Source: Raja brachyura
Lineage: Eukaryota
NCBI GenBank assembly: GCA_963514005.1
Contig: OY740783.1
Coordinates: forward strand, 133,424,001 to 133,488,000
Reading direction: 5' to 3'
Length of the DNA: 64,000 nt
Within the stretch, counting starts at the first letter, position 1. Every line of letters begins with the position of its first letter. This document shows, one piece after another, positions 25,586 to 37,706 of this stretch. Position numbers and translations under genes: made by a program. The notes beneath the pieces were generated by a model, which was given only the letters and a program-made list of their open reading frames with translations, did not search any database and was not told the DNA's origin.

Positions 25586-28377
25586 ACGCATATTAATGCC
25601 GGCCACTAGGAATAGCACCCACTTAGTCCCCTGTGTGGCTTGTCCGTCCCACGCTGCCTTACTTTGGGGGGAAGTGAATATTTTCTGGATCCTTCACTCC
25701 CGACACAGTGTTCACAGCCTCAGTGTGAATGAAAGCAAACCGAGATGACGGGTACCCGGGAACGAGATACGGCCTGTATTGGACTGAATGGGAATAATGT
25801 GGGCTCAGTGTGAATGATTAGTTGATGGCTGGTGATGAAACAGGTTTCAACCATAAATGGCTGGTGATGAAACAGGGTTCAATCAAAATGGCTGCCTCCA
25901 AACAAATGTTGAACAATAACAGTTCCCGTTGTCCCAATGGGTAATCGAGCAGATGGGTTACAGGTGGATGTGGTTACTGGGCAATACGGGGAAATAAAAC
26001 AGCAGAATGAACTCTGCCCCAAAGAGTGTCGTTGCATACAACACGCATTCTCCACATAGCATCTGTTAATGCAAACAGGACTGTTGCATGTAACACCGTT
26101 TGACCACATCTGCACATCTGGAAGATTGAAATTGTGCAAAGTCCAAACTTTAACGCCAGCCGTCTTCCTTTATGTTGGACGTATAATTGTGCGTCCTTGG
26201 TGATTGTTCTTGGGGGGTATTAAGTTCAGTCAAACCTGTTTGCCTGATCTATGTAAGTAAATCTCACACCTTAAAAATTTTTTTTATTCTTCCCCGTGCT
26301 GTGATGAAAGCCTTAATCGCCATCATCAACGTTCTCCCATTATCAGTCACACCTTCCCATTCCCACTCACTTCCGCTTTCCGTAGAGACTACACTCTCCG
26401 CAAACTTTTGGTTCCTCCAACTCCTGAAGGGCTGTAACATAAAGCCCCACTTATAGTATTGATAGTGTTGGCCGACGACAGCAAGCGTGCCACACGCCTT
26501 CTTCGCCACAGTAACTAACTGTCAACCCAAGGGCACAATGTCATTGCACCTCTGGATCCGTCTGCTTTGCAGCACTCTCCAGATGAGGGTGTGTTCACTT
26601 GAGGGGGAGTCTAGGACCAGAGGGCGCGAAAGGAGATGAAAAGGGATTTATTTAGGCAGACATTGGTGAATTCATTGCCCCCGAAATCTATGGGGGCCGT
26701 CAAATGATATTTTGAAGACAGAGATTGATAATTTATCAGTACGGGTGTCAGGGTTATGGGCAAAATGCAACAGATTGGGGTTGGGAGGGAAAATTGATCA
26801 ATGGATGTCAATGGATGACGTGGGGCGGGTGGGGAATGTGGTGCTATTGTCCATACCTAAGTGTCCTTCAGAAGGTGGTGATGAGCCGGCTTCTTGACCC
26901 ACCGAGCCCTTGCTGAAGGTTATCTTGTGACGACTAAGATTGAGGAAAATGCGCGTGGAGACCGCCAGTCATCAAACTGAGTGAGACTCTCGATCTCTCG
27001 ATGAGCAAGTGGGGGAAAGGTGAGAGAGAGCAGGTGGGGATGTGGAGGGAGAATTAACAGCAGAGCAGCCGCGATGTTATTGACCAGTGGTGCGACTTGG
27101 AGGAGCAGACTGGTTTCCAGCTCCAAACAATGAAGTAGGGAGAACATCTAACGGAGGGATATAACGTTGTGTACAGGGAGGGTGTTCCCATTGGTGGACA
27201 GAGAAGAGATGACTGTAGAGAATGGCAGCGATTGGCAAAGGAAGCAAGTGTGTTGCTGGGAGCCATTAATGTTAGTTTTGTAGTTTCGCAGCTCCTGAAC
27301 ATTCTGCAGCAAATGAAGGAAACAACTTCTGCATTTCAGGGTCTAGGAATAAACAGCCGTGAGAGAGGAGGTCACAGCACAGACGTGCTGGTGGACAAAT
27401 GTCTGTGGGGTTATCGGTGCTTGGTCCTGCTGTCGCTTCGATTGCAGGGTGGCAACGGGTGATTCATTCTTTATATTCACTTCCTCACACAAACTAGAAA
27501 ACACAGAAACAGAGTTCACAGCCGCAATATTCTTGGAAAAAAAGCGAGATGACAGCTACCCTGGAATGAGACACTGCCTTTTATGGGTTGAATTGGATTA
27601 ATGTAGGATTAATGTGAATGGGCCACAATAATCCTACCTCTGCATGCCACATACCTTAGTCGCCACGCTGACTACCCGTGTCTCCAATTTCTGAAAAATG
27701 TTAACTTGTGTGCCCTTGGGCTCTTTGTTTTACCGCACTCACCAGCGACCCGTCGTTGACAGTGTAAGTCACCCTGGTATTACTTTTTTAAATGCCTGGC
27801 CTTGTTTTCCTTCGCACATGTTCCCAGTTGATCTAGATGATCAATAATTGAGTCTGCAAGTGCTATTACATGTAAAACCTCTCTGACGTTCTCTACATTC
27901 CGCGAGGATCACTAGGATTATGGCGATGGATACTTGTTGGCACCGTGTACACATGTCGGGTTAGAAGGCTTGTTCCTGCACTACATCGCTCCATAGCGAT
28001 AATGCTGGGGACACGAACATGTAGATCCGGAATCTTGTGCGAAAACCAAATTGCTGGAGAAAGATCAGCGGTTCAGGCAACGTCTGTGGAGGAGAACGTG
28101 CAAACGACGTGAGGGGTCGGCCCCTCTTTATTCAGACGTCGTCTGTCAATGTCCCTTCACAATGTCCCATACAGCCTAACCCTCTTAGTTCCTCCATGAC
28201 TTTGTTTTTTGCTTATGACCCTAACCCTGCTCAGTTTGAAATGACTAATTATCAGTACGTATAGCAGTTCCTCAAATCTTTGCCGGAAATGCAGAAATAT
28301 TTGGAGGAAGTTCGGCATTTCAGCATCAAGAAGCTCACAACAGCGGGTGAGGTGGAATCCACACTGACGTGTTGGCG

Positions 28378-28432
28378 ATGTTCCGGGTTTGTCTCCCCGC
28401 CGTCTTGATCTCCGTCTCAGTCCACGGTTATA
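28378..28432 (+). CDS. Gene B signal-peptide exon
   Basis: MFRVCLPAVLISVSVHGY plus phase-1 donor A|gttggt. Confidence 0.65.
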
Positions 28433-29370
28433 GTTGGTGTTGTTGTTGACCTTGCTATGTTCTCCTTGTCTCGTCATATATCGCAATGTACCGGTTAGCA
28501 CTCTGTGCGCGCTCCAGCAGTTTGTACTTTGGATGAGATCTATCAATGGACGAGGTGGGACGGGTGGGGATGGAGGTGATATTGTCCATACCTAAGTGTC
28601 CTTCGGAAGGTGGTTATGAGGCGCCCTGGTGACCCACCGAGCACTTGGTGAAGGTTATCTGGCGAAGGCTAAGATGGAGGAAAATACGTATGGAGATCGC
28701 CATTCATAAAACGGAGTGAGACTCTCGACGAGGGGAAAATGTGACAGAGGAGGCAGGGATATGGAGAGAGAATTAACAGCACAGCAGCCGCGATGTTATA
28801 CACCAGTGGTGCGAGCTGGTGGGGGGGAGGGGGGGGGGGGGGGGGCTTAAGGAGACGGGAAGATTTAACCGACGGTATGCGACAGTAAGGAATTAGCATG
28901 GCTGTGTGTTGAGAATATAGAGAAGAAGTTCGACTGGCTGGATTCATGTTACATGGAGTCAGTATAGAGCCGATGGGCCGAATGGCCGTCTCCACTGTGC
29001 ATCTATTATGTGACACCAAGGGAATCCCAATAATCCATCTCCGTCCCCGGTCCTGCAAAATGTCCAAACATTTCCCCTGCCCCGAAAGTAAATCAGCAAC
29101 ATTATCAAAACCTACTGACCAGGGGAGCAGACGCGAATCACACACCCATTAACAGATCATTAACCCGGGGACAGTGTGCATTTGGAACACCACACCTGTA
29201 CTNNNNNNNNNNNNNNNNNNNNNNNNNNNNNNNNNNNNNNNNNNNNNNNNNNNNNNNNNNNNNNNNNNNNNNNNNNNNNNNNNNNNNNNNNNNNNNNNNN
29301 NNNNNNNNNNNNNNNNNNNNNNNNNNNNNNNNNNNNNNNNNNNNNNNNNNNNNNNNNNNNNNNNNNNNNN

Positions 29371-30242
29371 TGGTTGGACAATATCCGGAGTCTGCCGTGG
29401 ATGGGGCCTCCGCTGTGTTGCCGTGTACATTCAACCACCCACCTGATCGCATCCTCACCGGCTCCGTGTTGTGGCACTTGTTGCAACCAGGGACTGCCAG
29501 CCTCGTGTTTAAATGCACATATGCCGGTCCCGGCCGCCCCCGATGCGTTGAAGTGACACACGTTTAATCTTGCTACTATATCCCAGCCTGGATTGGGAAC
29601 TCCACACCTGTACTCGTTCCAATATTAACCTCTCCCACCCCCCTCTCTCTCCCTCTCTCTCTCACTCTCTCTCCCTCTCTCGCTCTCTCGCTCTCTCTCA
29701 CTCTCTCTCCCTCTCTGCCTCACCCCCCATATCACCCCTCCCCTCTCTCTCTCTCTCCCCCTCTCCCTCTCTTTCCCCAGACATTAAATCAGCAACATTA
29801 TAAAAACCAACTGACCAGGGGAAAAGACGCGAATTACACACCCATGAACAGTTGATTATATCCCAGCCTGTAACCCACTCCCCGTGTTGATGTATCTGTC
29901 CCACAGACATCTGAAGACATCGCTTGTCACAACACCCCGGGGATAGTGTGGATTTAGAACACTACACCTGTACTCGTTCCAATATTAACCTCCTCTTCAG
30001 GTGTCTTCAGAGCCTCCCAGCCTTGTGTTTAAATGCACATATGCCGGTCCCCGCCACTCCCGATGCGTTGAAGTGACACAGGAGGCCGGAGGAGGTCGAT
30101 TCAAATTGGTGGGGAACCTCAGAGAGGCAGATGCCTCGATAATGGTGGAGCGACTGAGATTGGAGGACAGTGATAAGTACCGGTGCGGCTTGGAGCTCAG
30201 TGTTGGGAATGTTCAATCTGTGATTCCAACTGACTGTGGAAG
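29371..30242 (+). pseudogene. Gene B V1 exon, split, partly duplicated and frameshifted
   Basis: The 5' half (29371-29559) is frameshifted. It is followed by re-duplicated upstream intron and (CT)n, then the 3' half (30001-30242) with a 4-nt deletion before the donor. Confidence 0.85.
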
Positions 30243-31175
30243 GTGAGAACAAAGTTCAGAGACTGTCGCTGCACCAGAACTCACGGACCGCGGGTTCCCC
30301 CGGTACAATGTTCTATTCAATTCTACTGTATTCTCACACGAACCTGGCTGAAGTAAAATACTTTGTTTTGCAGACAACCCTGAAATATCATGTAGCAAAC
30401 CTCATCTTGGCGGTACACAAGTGTCGCCACGTTTTGGCGCAAAGATTCACCGCAGTTCTCTCTACTTTCTGCCGCCGCTCCTAGCATCGGCCCCACCTCC
30501 CTCTCACTGTCATTCTCGGCTTCCCTCCTCGCCCCCCGACGGCCATCTTCACTCTCCGACGACCCTCCACACTATCAGACGACCCTCCTCACTCTCTGAT
30601 GGCCCTGAAGAGCCGGGGTTCTTGCTCCTGATTCCTCTCCAGTTAATCCGTCTGGACAGTGCGCTGCTGGAGTGGACGAGACGCCGGCCCTGGTCGACAG
30701 TCAAATACAGGTGGATTGTGTAAACCCAGAAATAGGAAGATGCTGATCACTTTGTTGGAATTGTTCTCCAATTGTCAATGGAAACCCAGGTGCCCAGTAG
30801 TAAAGGAGGTGTCGGTCCCCAATGCCCTGTGGGCGGATCTCCCTCTCGGCGTGGAGTTCACCGCTTCACACGTTGATTATTCCCCGTGGAGAACAGTGTT
30901 GGGATCCGAGGAGGCGCGGATTCGCTGTCGCTCACTCTCTCGCTCTCAGGGCAGCGCCGAGGGCGAGCCGCGCTGTCAGCGGCGACCAGTAACCCCTGAT
31001 CCGGAGCCATCCTTGAATGCGTCCTGTCCCTTGCGCCCTCTGGCCCACCTTCCCTGGGACCGTCACTGTCAGCTGCACACTGGGCACCGCCTCCACCCAC
31101 TCCCATAGAAGAGATCGGTACAAGACGATTCACCCACAGAACGTTGATACATTCCGGTGTCTGTCCTTCCCTCAG

Positions 31176-31600
31176 GTCCCAGTGGGTGTGTCTCAGTGGT
31201 GACTGGGACAGCGGGGGCTTCGGCCACGTTACCATGTGTGTATCCACAATCCCGGCATTACCCTAGCGCCCTCACAGTCACATGGATGAGGAAGGATCCC
31301 TGCCGACACATCGTCACGTTCAGACCTCAAGCTGATGGATGCTGGGCTGCGGAGAACGGAGCAACTCGGTTCGAGCTGGTCGGGGACCCAGAACGTGGAA
31401 ACGCCTCAACCAGGATTAATCAGCTAAGTGTGGAGGACTGTCACGGCTACCTGTGTCTGGTGGAGTTCAGCAAACCGGAAAACTACGATCCGAGATATGA
31501 CGTCGACGTAAATTTCAGGAGCAGTGAGGTAAATTTCAGGAGCAGTGAGGTAAATTTCAGTACCAACGTGAGGTCCTACTCCGGCTGCGGGTCACACTCG
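31176..31600 (+). CDS. Gene B V2 exon (G strand frameshifted, no stop before the donor)
   Basis: GASATLPCVY...WMRKDP...GYLCLVEF; 425 nt, so it enters in phase 1 and leaves in phase 0. A 21-bp tandem repeat lies in the FG loop. Confidence 0.75.
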
Positions 31601-32918
31601 GTGAGGAACCATGGCCACACTCTGCCGTGTAGAGCGAAGATGCAGAGGGGGCGAGGGGAGTAGGAACAGGAAACCCTGTCACTCTGGACTCAGTGGGCGC
31701 AGCCTCGCATCTTGAGGGTTGGATGCAACTCCAGAGAAAGGCCAACCAAGGTTGATCCATTTATTGGAGACCTTTAGCGAGGTGAGGAGTTGAAAGCCTT
31801 AGATGAAACAAGGTGCTATGGTACGTTTCGATTCTCAGAAGGATCTAGGTTAGGTCCCAGCCACGAGTTTGGGGAACCAGGTGCGAGAAGGCGGCATTAA
31901 GTCAACGCACTGTCAGGGATTGAGAAGTAGTTTTCGAACAGAATGTCGAATTAAATATCTGGATGTCTGTCACGTTGAGAGTCTGCGGCTGGCGAGGTAC
32001 TTCAGAGATTGGTTCTTGGTCTCAGCTATTCACAGTCCGCACTCGTGAGTTGATTGAGGGGGGGGGGGGGGGGGGGGTTGTCAGGTCTAATGATGGTGGT
32101 AGTGTCTTGGGACTGTGAGGGGGCAGGAGGACGTGGAGATTCAGGGAAGGTGGACACGCTGAATAAGTGGGTACGATCATTATGTGGAATAAAATGTGGC
32201 GAATTGTCAAATTATCCACACGGGTGAACTATACATAAAACCAGAGAGTTTATTAAATGGTGAGAGATCGAGTGCTGTGGATGTGCAAAAGGACACGAGT
32301 TTGCTTGTTCTCATGTCAATGAAGGGTGATGTACTATGTGGAAGAGTCGAGAAAGGCAATAGTTGGTCAGGTTTTATCAAGATATGATTTATATTCAAGG
32401 GTTGAGATGTTTCACTGCAGTTATGTAATGGTCTAGTGAGACCACCTCTGCAGTAGTGGGTCGGAATTTGTTCTTCTTAACTACAATAAAGCCACGATTA
32501 ATGTGGAGAGAGTGCAGTGAAGATACCGTCACTGTTTCCCGGAAGGGCAGGTTGTTGAATATCAGCGGAGATTGAGTAGACCAGAGACCCCGGAAAATGC
32601 AGGTGCAGGGACTTTGAGCATAACAAAAAAACCGCTGGAGGAACTCGATAGGTCAGGTAGCATATCTGGAAGGAAATTGACGAATGACAGTGCATATCGA
32701 AACCTTGATCACAAATGGAAGGATTCCCGGACAACTCGACGTCTTTGGATTTCCTTCTACAGGTGCCTGATTTCCTGAGCGCAGTCACCAGTCTGTTATT
32801 TGCTCGAGCAGATTAGACCTGTATTCGCCAGAGTGTAGAGAATGAGAGGTGATCTCAGTGAAACATTCACTATTTGTATATTGTCGATCGCTCCCCTTCC
32901 CAGTGACTACTCTGACAT

Positions 32919-33414
32919 CTCCCACTCTCTCCTCAGTCACACTCTCACCTCAGCTCCCACTCTCCTCAGCTCCCACTCTCTCCTCAGCTCCCACTCTCTC
33001 CTCAGCTCCCACTCTCTCCTCAGCTCCCACTCTCTCCTCAGTCACACTCTCACCTCAGCTCCCACTCTCACCTCAGCTCCCACTCTCTCCTCAGTCACAC
33101 TCTCACCTCAGTCACACTCTCACCTCAGCTCCCACTCTCTCCTCAGCTCCCACTCTCACCTCAGCTCCCACTCTCTCCTCAGTCACACTCTCACCTCAGC
33201 TCCCACTCTCTCCTCAGCTCCCACTCTCTCCTCAGCTCCCACTCTCACCTCAGTAACACTCTCACCTCAGCTCCCACTCTCTCCTCAGCTCCCACTCTCT
33301 CCTCAGCTCCCACTCTCTCCTCAGCTCCCACTCTCACCTCAGCTCCCACTCTCTCCTCAGCTCCCACTCTCTCCTCAGCTCCCACTCTCTCCTCAGCTCC
33401 CACTCTCTCCTCAG
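32919..33414 (+). repeat. 28-unit 16-18 bp minisatellite derived from the TM-exon splice acceptor
   Basis: Units ctcccactct(c/ca)..cctcag and tcacactctcacctcag. The single-copy counterpart in gene A is ctctctcctcag|tcacac. Confidence 0.95.
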
Positions 33415-33490
33415 TCTTGTGGATCCCTCTTGGATTGATAATCCTTATTATTTTAGTGATATGTTTTATCTTCTACCGTGACAAAGTCAG
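33415..33490 (+). CDS. Gene B transmembrane segment, no Lys
   Basis: VLWIPLGLIILIILVICFIFYRDKV AG|gtatgt. The AAA (Lys) codon of genes A and C is ATA (Ile) here. Confidence 0.85.
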
Positions 33491-33564
33491 GTATGTAACG
33501 TTGATTTTCTATGCCAGGAATATAATCTCAATGGCTTTTGGGGAATAATTTAAAAAAATGAGGC

Positions 33565-33950
33565 TTCCCAGGCCCAAAGAATGAGGACATCCTGGATGTC
33601 CTGGCGTGGAATACCACGTGTGGGTACAAATACGGCATAGACAGAGGAATTGGGAGTTGTGGATAGAGGATTTGCAGGAAGCAGGGTGTGAAGTCTCGAT
33701 AGTTGTTGGAGCCTGTACGTTTATTGTAGACATCAGTCGATGGTCTATCTCCTGTGATGGAGACAGTGAGATCAAGAAAGGGTAGGGAGGTGCCAATGAT
33801 TGTTCCAGTGAATCTCAGTGCAGGATTGAAATTGGGGGTGAAGTTAGGGAAGTCTATGAGTTCTGCATGGGTGCAGGAGGTAAAACCGATGCCATTGTCA
33901 ATGTAACAGAAATAGAGTTCGGCGATAGGGCCAGTGTACATTTGGAACAA
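33565..33950 (-). mobile_element. Penelope-like RT fragment
   Basis: ORF 33528..33983: CYIDNGIG (decayed YIDD) and LPFLDLTVSITGD...DVYNK. Confidence 0.8.
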
Positions 33951-34611
33951 GCGTAATGTTAGCTGTGTGTTTACAATAAACACATTTATAGCTTTTGTTT
34001 CAGGTACAGTATCTGGGCAAATTCTTAGGCAATTGTCATCAAACTCTTCTATAAATGGAAACCTTGTTGCACCTTGTCCATGCTGACCAAATTAGCATTC
34101 TGGGCTTGTCATATCTGCCCACATTTGGCCAATAATCCTCTAACCCCTTCAGGTCCATATCCATATATATGTCCAAATGTTGTTTGAAAGTGATAATTGT
34201 ATCAACTTCTACACTTTCCTCTGGCAGCTCAATCTGGATACAGATTATCCCGGTGAGTGAAATTGTTGCCCATCAGGAGTGACACAGTGGTGCAGCAGTT
34301 GAGTTGCTGAACAATGCCAGAGACCCGAGTTCGATCCTAACTACGGCTGCTCTCTGTATGGAGTTTTACGTTGTACTCTGCGACCGCGTGGGGTTTTCTC
34401 TGGGTGCTCTGGTGTCCTCCGACATTCCAAAGACGTACAGGTTTGTAACTTGTCCCTTGTATGTTAGATAGAACTAGTGTTTGAGTGATCTTTGTTCGAT
34501 GTGGACTCAGTGGGCCGTAAGGCCTGCTTCCACGCTGTATCTGTAAACTAAAGTAAAATATCCCCCTTAAATCTCTCCCCTCTCACCTTAAGCCTATGTC
34601 CACTAGTTTTT

Positions 34612-34833
34612 TGTGTTAAAGAAGGAACTGCAGATGCTGGAGAATCGAGGGTTACGCAAAAAGCTGGAGAAACTCAGCGGGTGCAGCAGCATCTAAGGAG
34701 TGAAGGAGATAGGCGACGTTTCGGGTCGAGACCCTTCTTCCTGCGAAAGGTCTCGACCCGAAACGTCGCCTATCTCCTTCGCTCCTTAGATGCTGCTGCA
34801 CCCGCTGAGTTTCTCCAGCTTTTTGTGTAACCC
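34612..34833. mobile_element. Fold-back element of two inverted Penelope-type pLTR pieces with a 13-bp target-site duplication
   Basis: Near-perfect inverted repeat at 34647-34835; tccactagttttt at both 34599-34611 and 34834-34846. Confidence 0.8.
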
Positions 34834-36924
34834 TCCACTAGTTTTTAATTCGTTAATCCTGGGAAAAAGACTGTGAGGCTTCACTTTATCCATGCCCCTC
34901 GTGATCTTGTGCACCTCAATAAGGTAATCCCTCAAGGTCGGCTGCAGGAGGTTCCCTGGGAGCGAGACATCCAAGGAAGATGATGGCTGGAGGCCCTGCA
35001 GCAGCCTGGGGCACACCTGGATCGGGCGCAGCTCACAAGACCTGGAATGCAGACTGGATTTTTAAATGGCTCAAAATCCTAGTCTCTCTTGCTTGCAGTC
35101 TCAGTGGACTATTTCTGTACACGTTGCTAATCGGGGATTGTGGTTAGGTATTGCAATATGGCATTAAAGACCCTCGGACTATCTTTGATTGCACTTTACT
35201 GGACTTTTTCTTGCACTTAACGCTATTCACATTGTTCCCTTTATCGTGTATCTGTACACTGTGGATGGCTCGATTGTAATCATGTATTGTCTTTCCACTG
35301 ACTGGTTAGCACACAACAAAAGCTTTTTATTATACCTCGGTACACGTGACAATAAACTAAACTCAAAACCTTACTGGACTGTCTGTAAGGAAAATAATGT
35401 CACTGTGTGTTTGCACAATTGACAATAAAAGCAACATTGAATAATTGATTCTGACCAAAACAATGGGCTAGAACAGGGATGATGCGGTGAATGCTCAGAC
35501 TGAGTGCAGTACAGATTATCACGGAGGAACAGCCAACGTCCTTGCACAAAACAGGTTTACTTGTTGCATTTCAATTCATTGTAGTGTCATCAAAATACTT
35601 TCATAAACTCCGAGACTAGAATGGATATGGCACCTTGGACGGCACGCATCACTTGGACTGAAGGGTCAGCTGTGCGCCGTATGTCTATGTGAAAGCACAG
35701 TCCACCATGTTGGCAACAGTAAAATTAGCAAAGGTTATAAACTCTTTATGGGGAAATAAGGATATTGTCACCCTGAGACAGACAGGCAGACCCAAGGGCA
35801 AGGAACTATCCATTTGACTGTCTGTAACCCACCAGCTTTGGTTTTGAAAGCATTCGTGACTGGGAGGTCACAAGGAGAGAGGAGCTCATCCCAACTCCAC
35901 ATTAGACAGTACCTCTCCCTCAACCCTGTTTTCTGATCTAGAATGTCTACGGTAACATTGTGTGCAGATGTTGGGCGGCACAGTGGCGCAATAGGTAGAG
36001 TTGTTGCCTCACGGCACCAGAGACACGGGTTCGATCTTGACTTTGGGTGCTGTCTGTGTGGAATTAGTCTCGTTCTCCCTGTAACCCTCTGGGTTTCCTC
36101 CTGGTGCTCTGGTTTCCTGCCACATATAACGTCATGAGGGTTTGTCGGTTTGTTGGTGTGTAAAGACTGTATATGAAAGTGTGTATGATGTGTGTTTGTG
36201 TGTGGGCACAAATACATGCATTGCTGTATCATAGTACCACCCTTCACCATTCCTACATGCACGCTTGTCTGCTTATGCATGTGTTATTTGTAAATACATG
36301 CATCAGCAGTACATGGACTTTGTATGCCAATACATGTTTGTGCATATATATTATCTGTGTGTTATATGCTGATAATAATTTTGAGTGCAATTCTGTACAA
36401 TTATACTTGTGTGAATAATTATGAATTTATTCATCTTTGTGAAAGGTAGATATGTTTGCAATTGTTTACCCTTCTACTGTTTCTTCACTTGTGGGTCATT
36501 TCGGTCGTGAATGCATTTTATTATGTCTGCCTGTAGGTACATTCCCAACTTCTGATGAGCTAGTGGGATATCCCAGAACTAATATGAGTGGGTGATCGAT
36601 GGTTGGCATGGGTCGGTGGGCTGGAGGGTTTACTCCCATGGTGTATCTCCAATCTAATACTCCGCATCCCACCACTCCCCCGACCTATTCCCTCCACACT
36701 CATCATCACCTCTCCTTCTTATTCCTCGCTACTCTTTTCCCGCACTCGGCCCAAAATAAATGCTCTCAAATTTCTCGCCCTGGGTGTTTGTGAAGTTTAG
36801 TTACTGGTATTCATGTCCAGTATTATTATTGGGAATGATCGTACATAAATCCCAGTGGGAATGCCAGGGTGGTTTACAACTGTGATGGATAGCTCATCGG
36901 CAGGACGAAATTTGTACTTGGGGC

Positions 36925-37067
36925 CTATGCATCGCGCATCGAACGATTGCCTTCAAAGCACAGCTGAGATCGGCGGAGGCAGGCAGTGTGGAAAAAGCGG
37001 CAGATGTGCATGTGGATGAAGAAAATGGGTGTCTCAGCCTCCAGCGGTGGATCAGACCCGACTCCTT
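36925..37067 (-). CDS. Gene C candidate last coding exon
   Basis: Acceptor ggtcttgttctgtccacag| is homologous to 19618. Phase-1 reading EGVGSDPPLEAE...MRDA*, with no Tyr motif. Confidence 0.45.
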
Positions 37068-37656
37068 CTGTGGACAGAACAAGACCAGTGAAAATTACTG
37101 AGCTTCAGTAATTCCACAGGAAAAGCTTTTTTCCCCCATTGATCGGCAGCATCACAGAATGGTTACAACGTAGGCGGTGACCACTCAGCAGGTCAGGCAG
37201 CATCTGTGGAGGGAAATGGACGGATGGCGTTCCCGTGTGTCAAGGAACTGCAGATACTGGTTTATCAATGAAAGACACCTGGTTATTACGGGTGTCGGGG
37301 TTATGGAGAGAAGGCAGGAGAATGGGGTTGAGAGGGGAAGATAGATCATCCATGATTCAATGGTGGCATTGACTTGACAGGTCGAATGGCCTAATTCTGC
37401 TTCTTGAACTCATGAACATGAAGTTATGACACAAAGTTCTGGAGTAACTCAGTGGGTCAGGTAGCATATCTGGAGAACACTGGAGCACCTCTGGTAGATC
37501 TTCCCCTTCGCTCTACCTGTTGTACTTGAGCGTCACGTGATTAAAATTATGTATCACATTATCTGATCTGATTGGATTGCATGCAAAGCAAAGCTTGCCA
37601 CTGTACGTCAACAGCTGTGTCAACAATCAGTCTAATCCTAACCCTCACTCGCTCAC

Positions 37657-37706
37657 CTCCTTCTGGACTTGCAGCGTTCCATTCACTGAATACCATCACA
37701 TCTGAG
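37657..37706 (-). CDS. Gene C candidate 50-nt cytoplasmic exon
   Basis: tag|...SDVMVFSEWNAASPEG G|gtgagc. Phase 2 to 1 fits between the TM and last exons. Confidence 0.35.

Larger units (their letters stand above)
24300..33563 (+). repeat. Segmental duplication, copy 2 (contains receptor gene B)
   Basis: Colinear similarity with 9570-18945. Confidence 0.93.

Noticed and set aside
29203-29370. Gaps at the same position in both duplicates (also 15363-15515)
   Set aside because: Best explained by an unassembled (CT)n tract like the one at 29630-29780.
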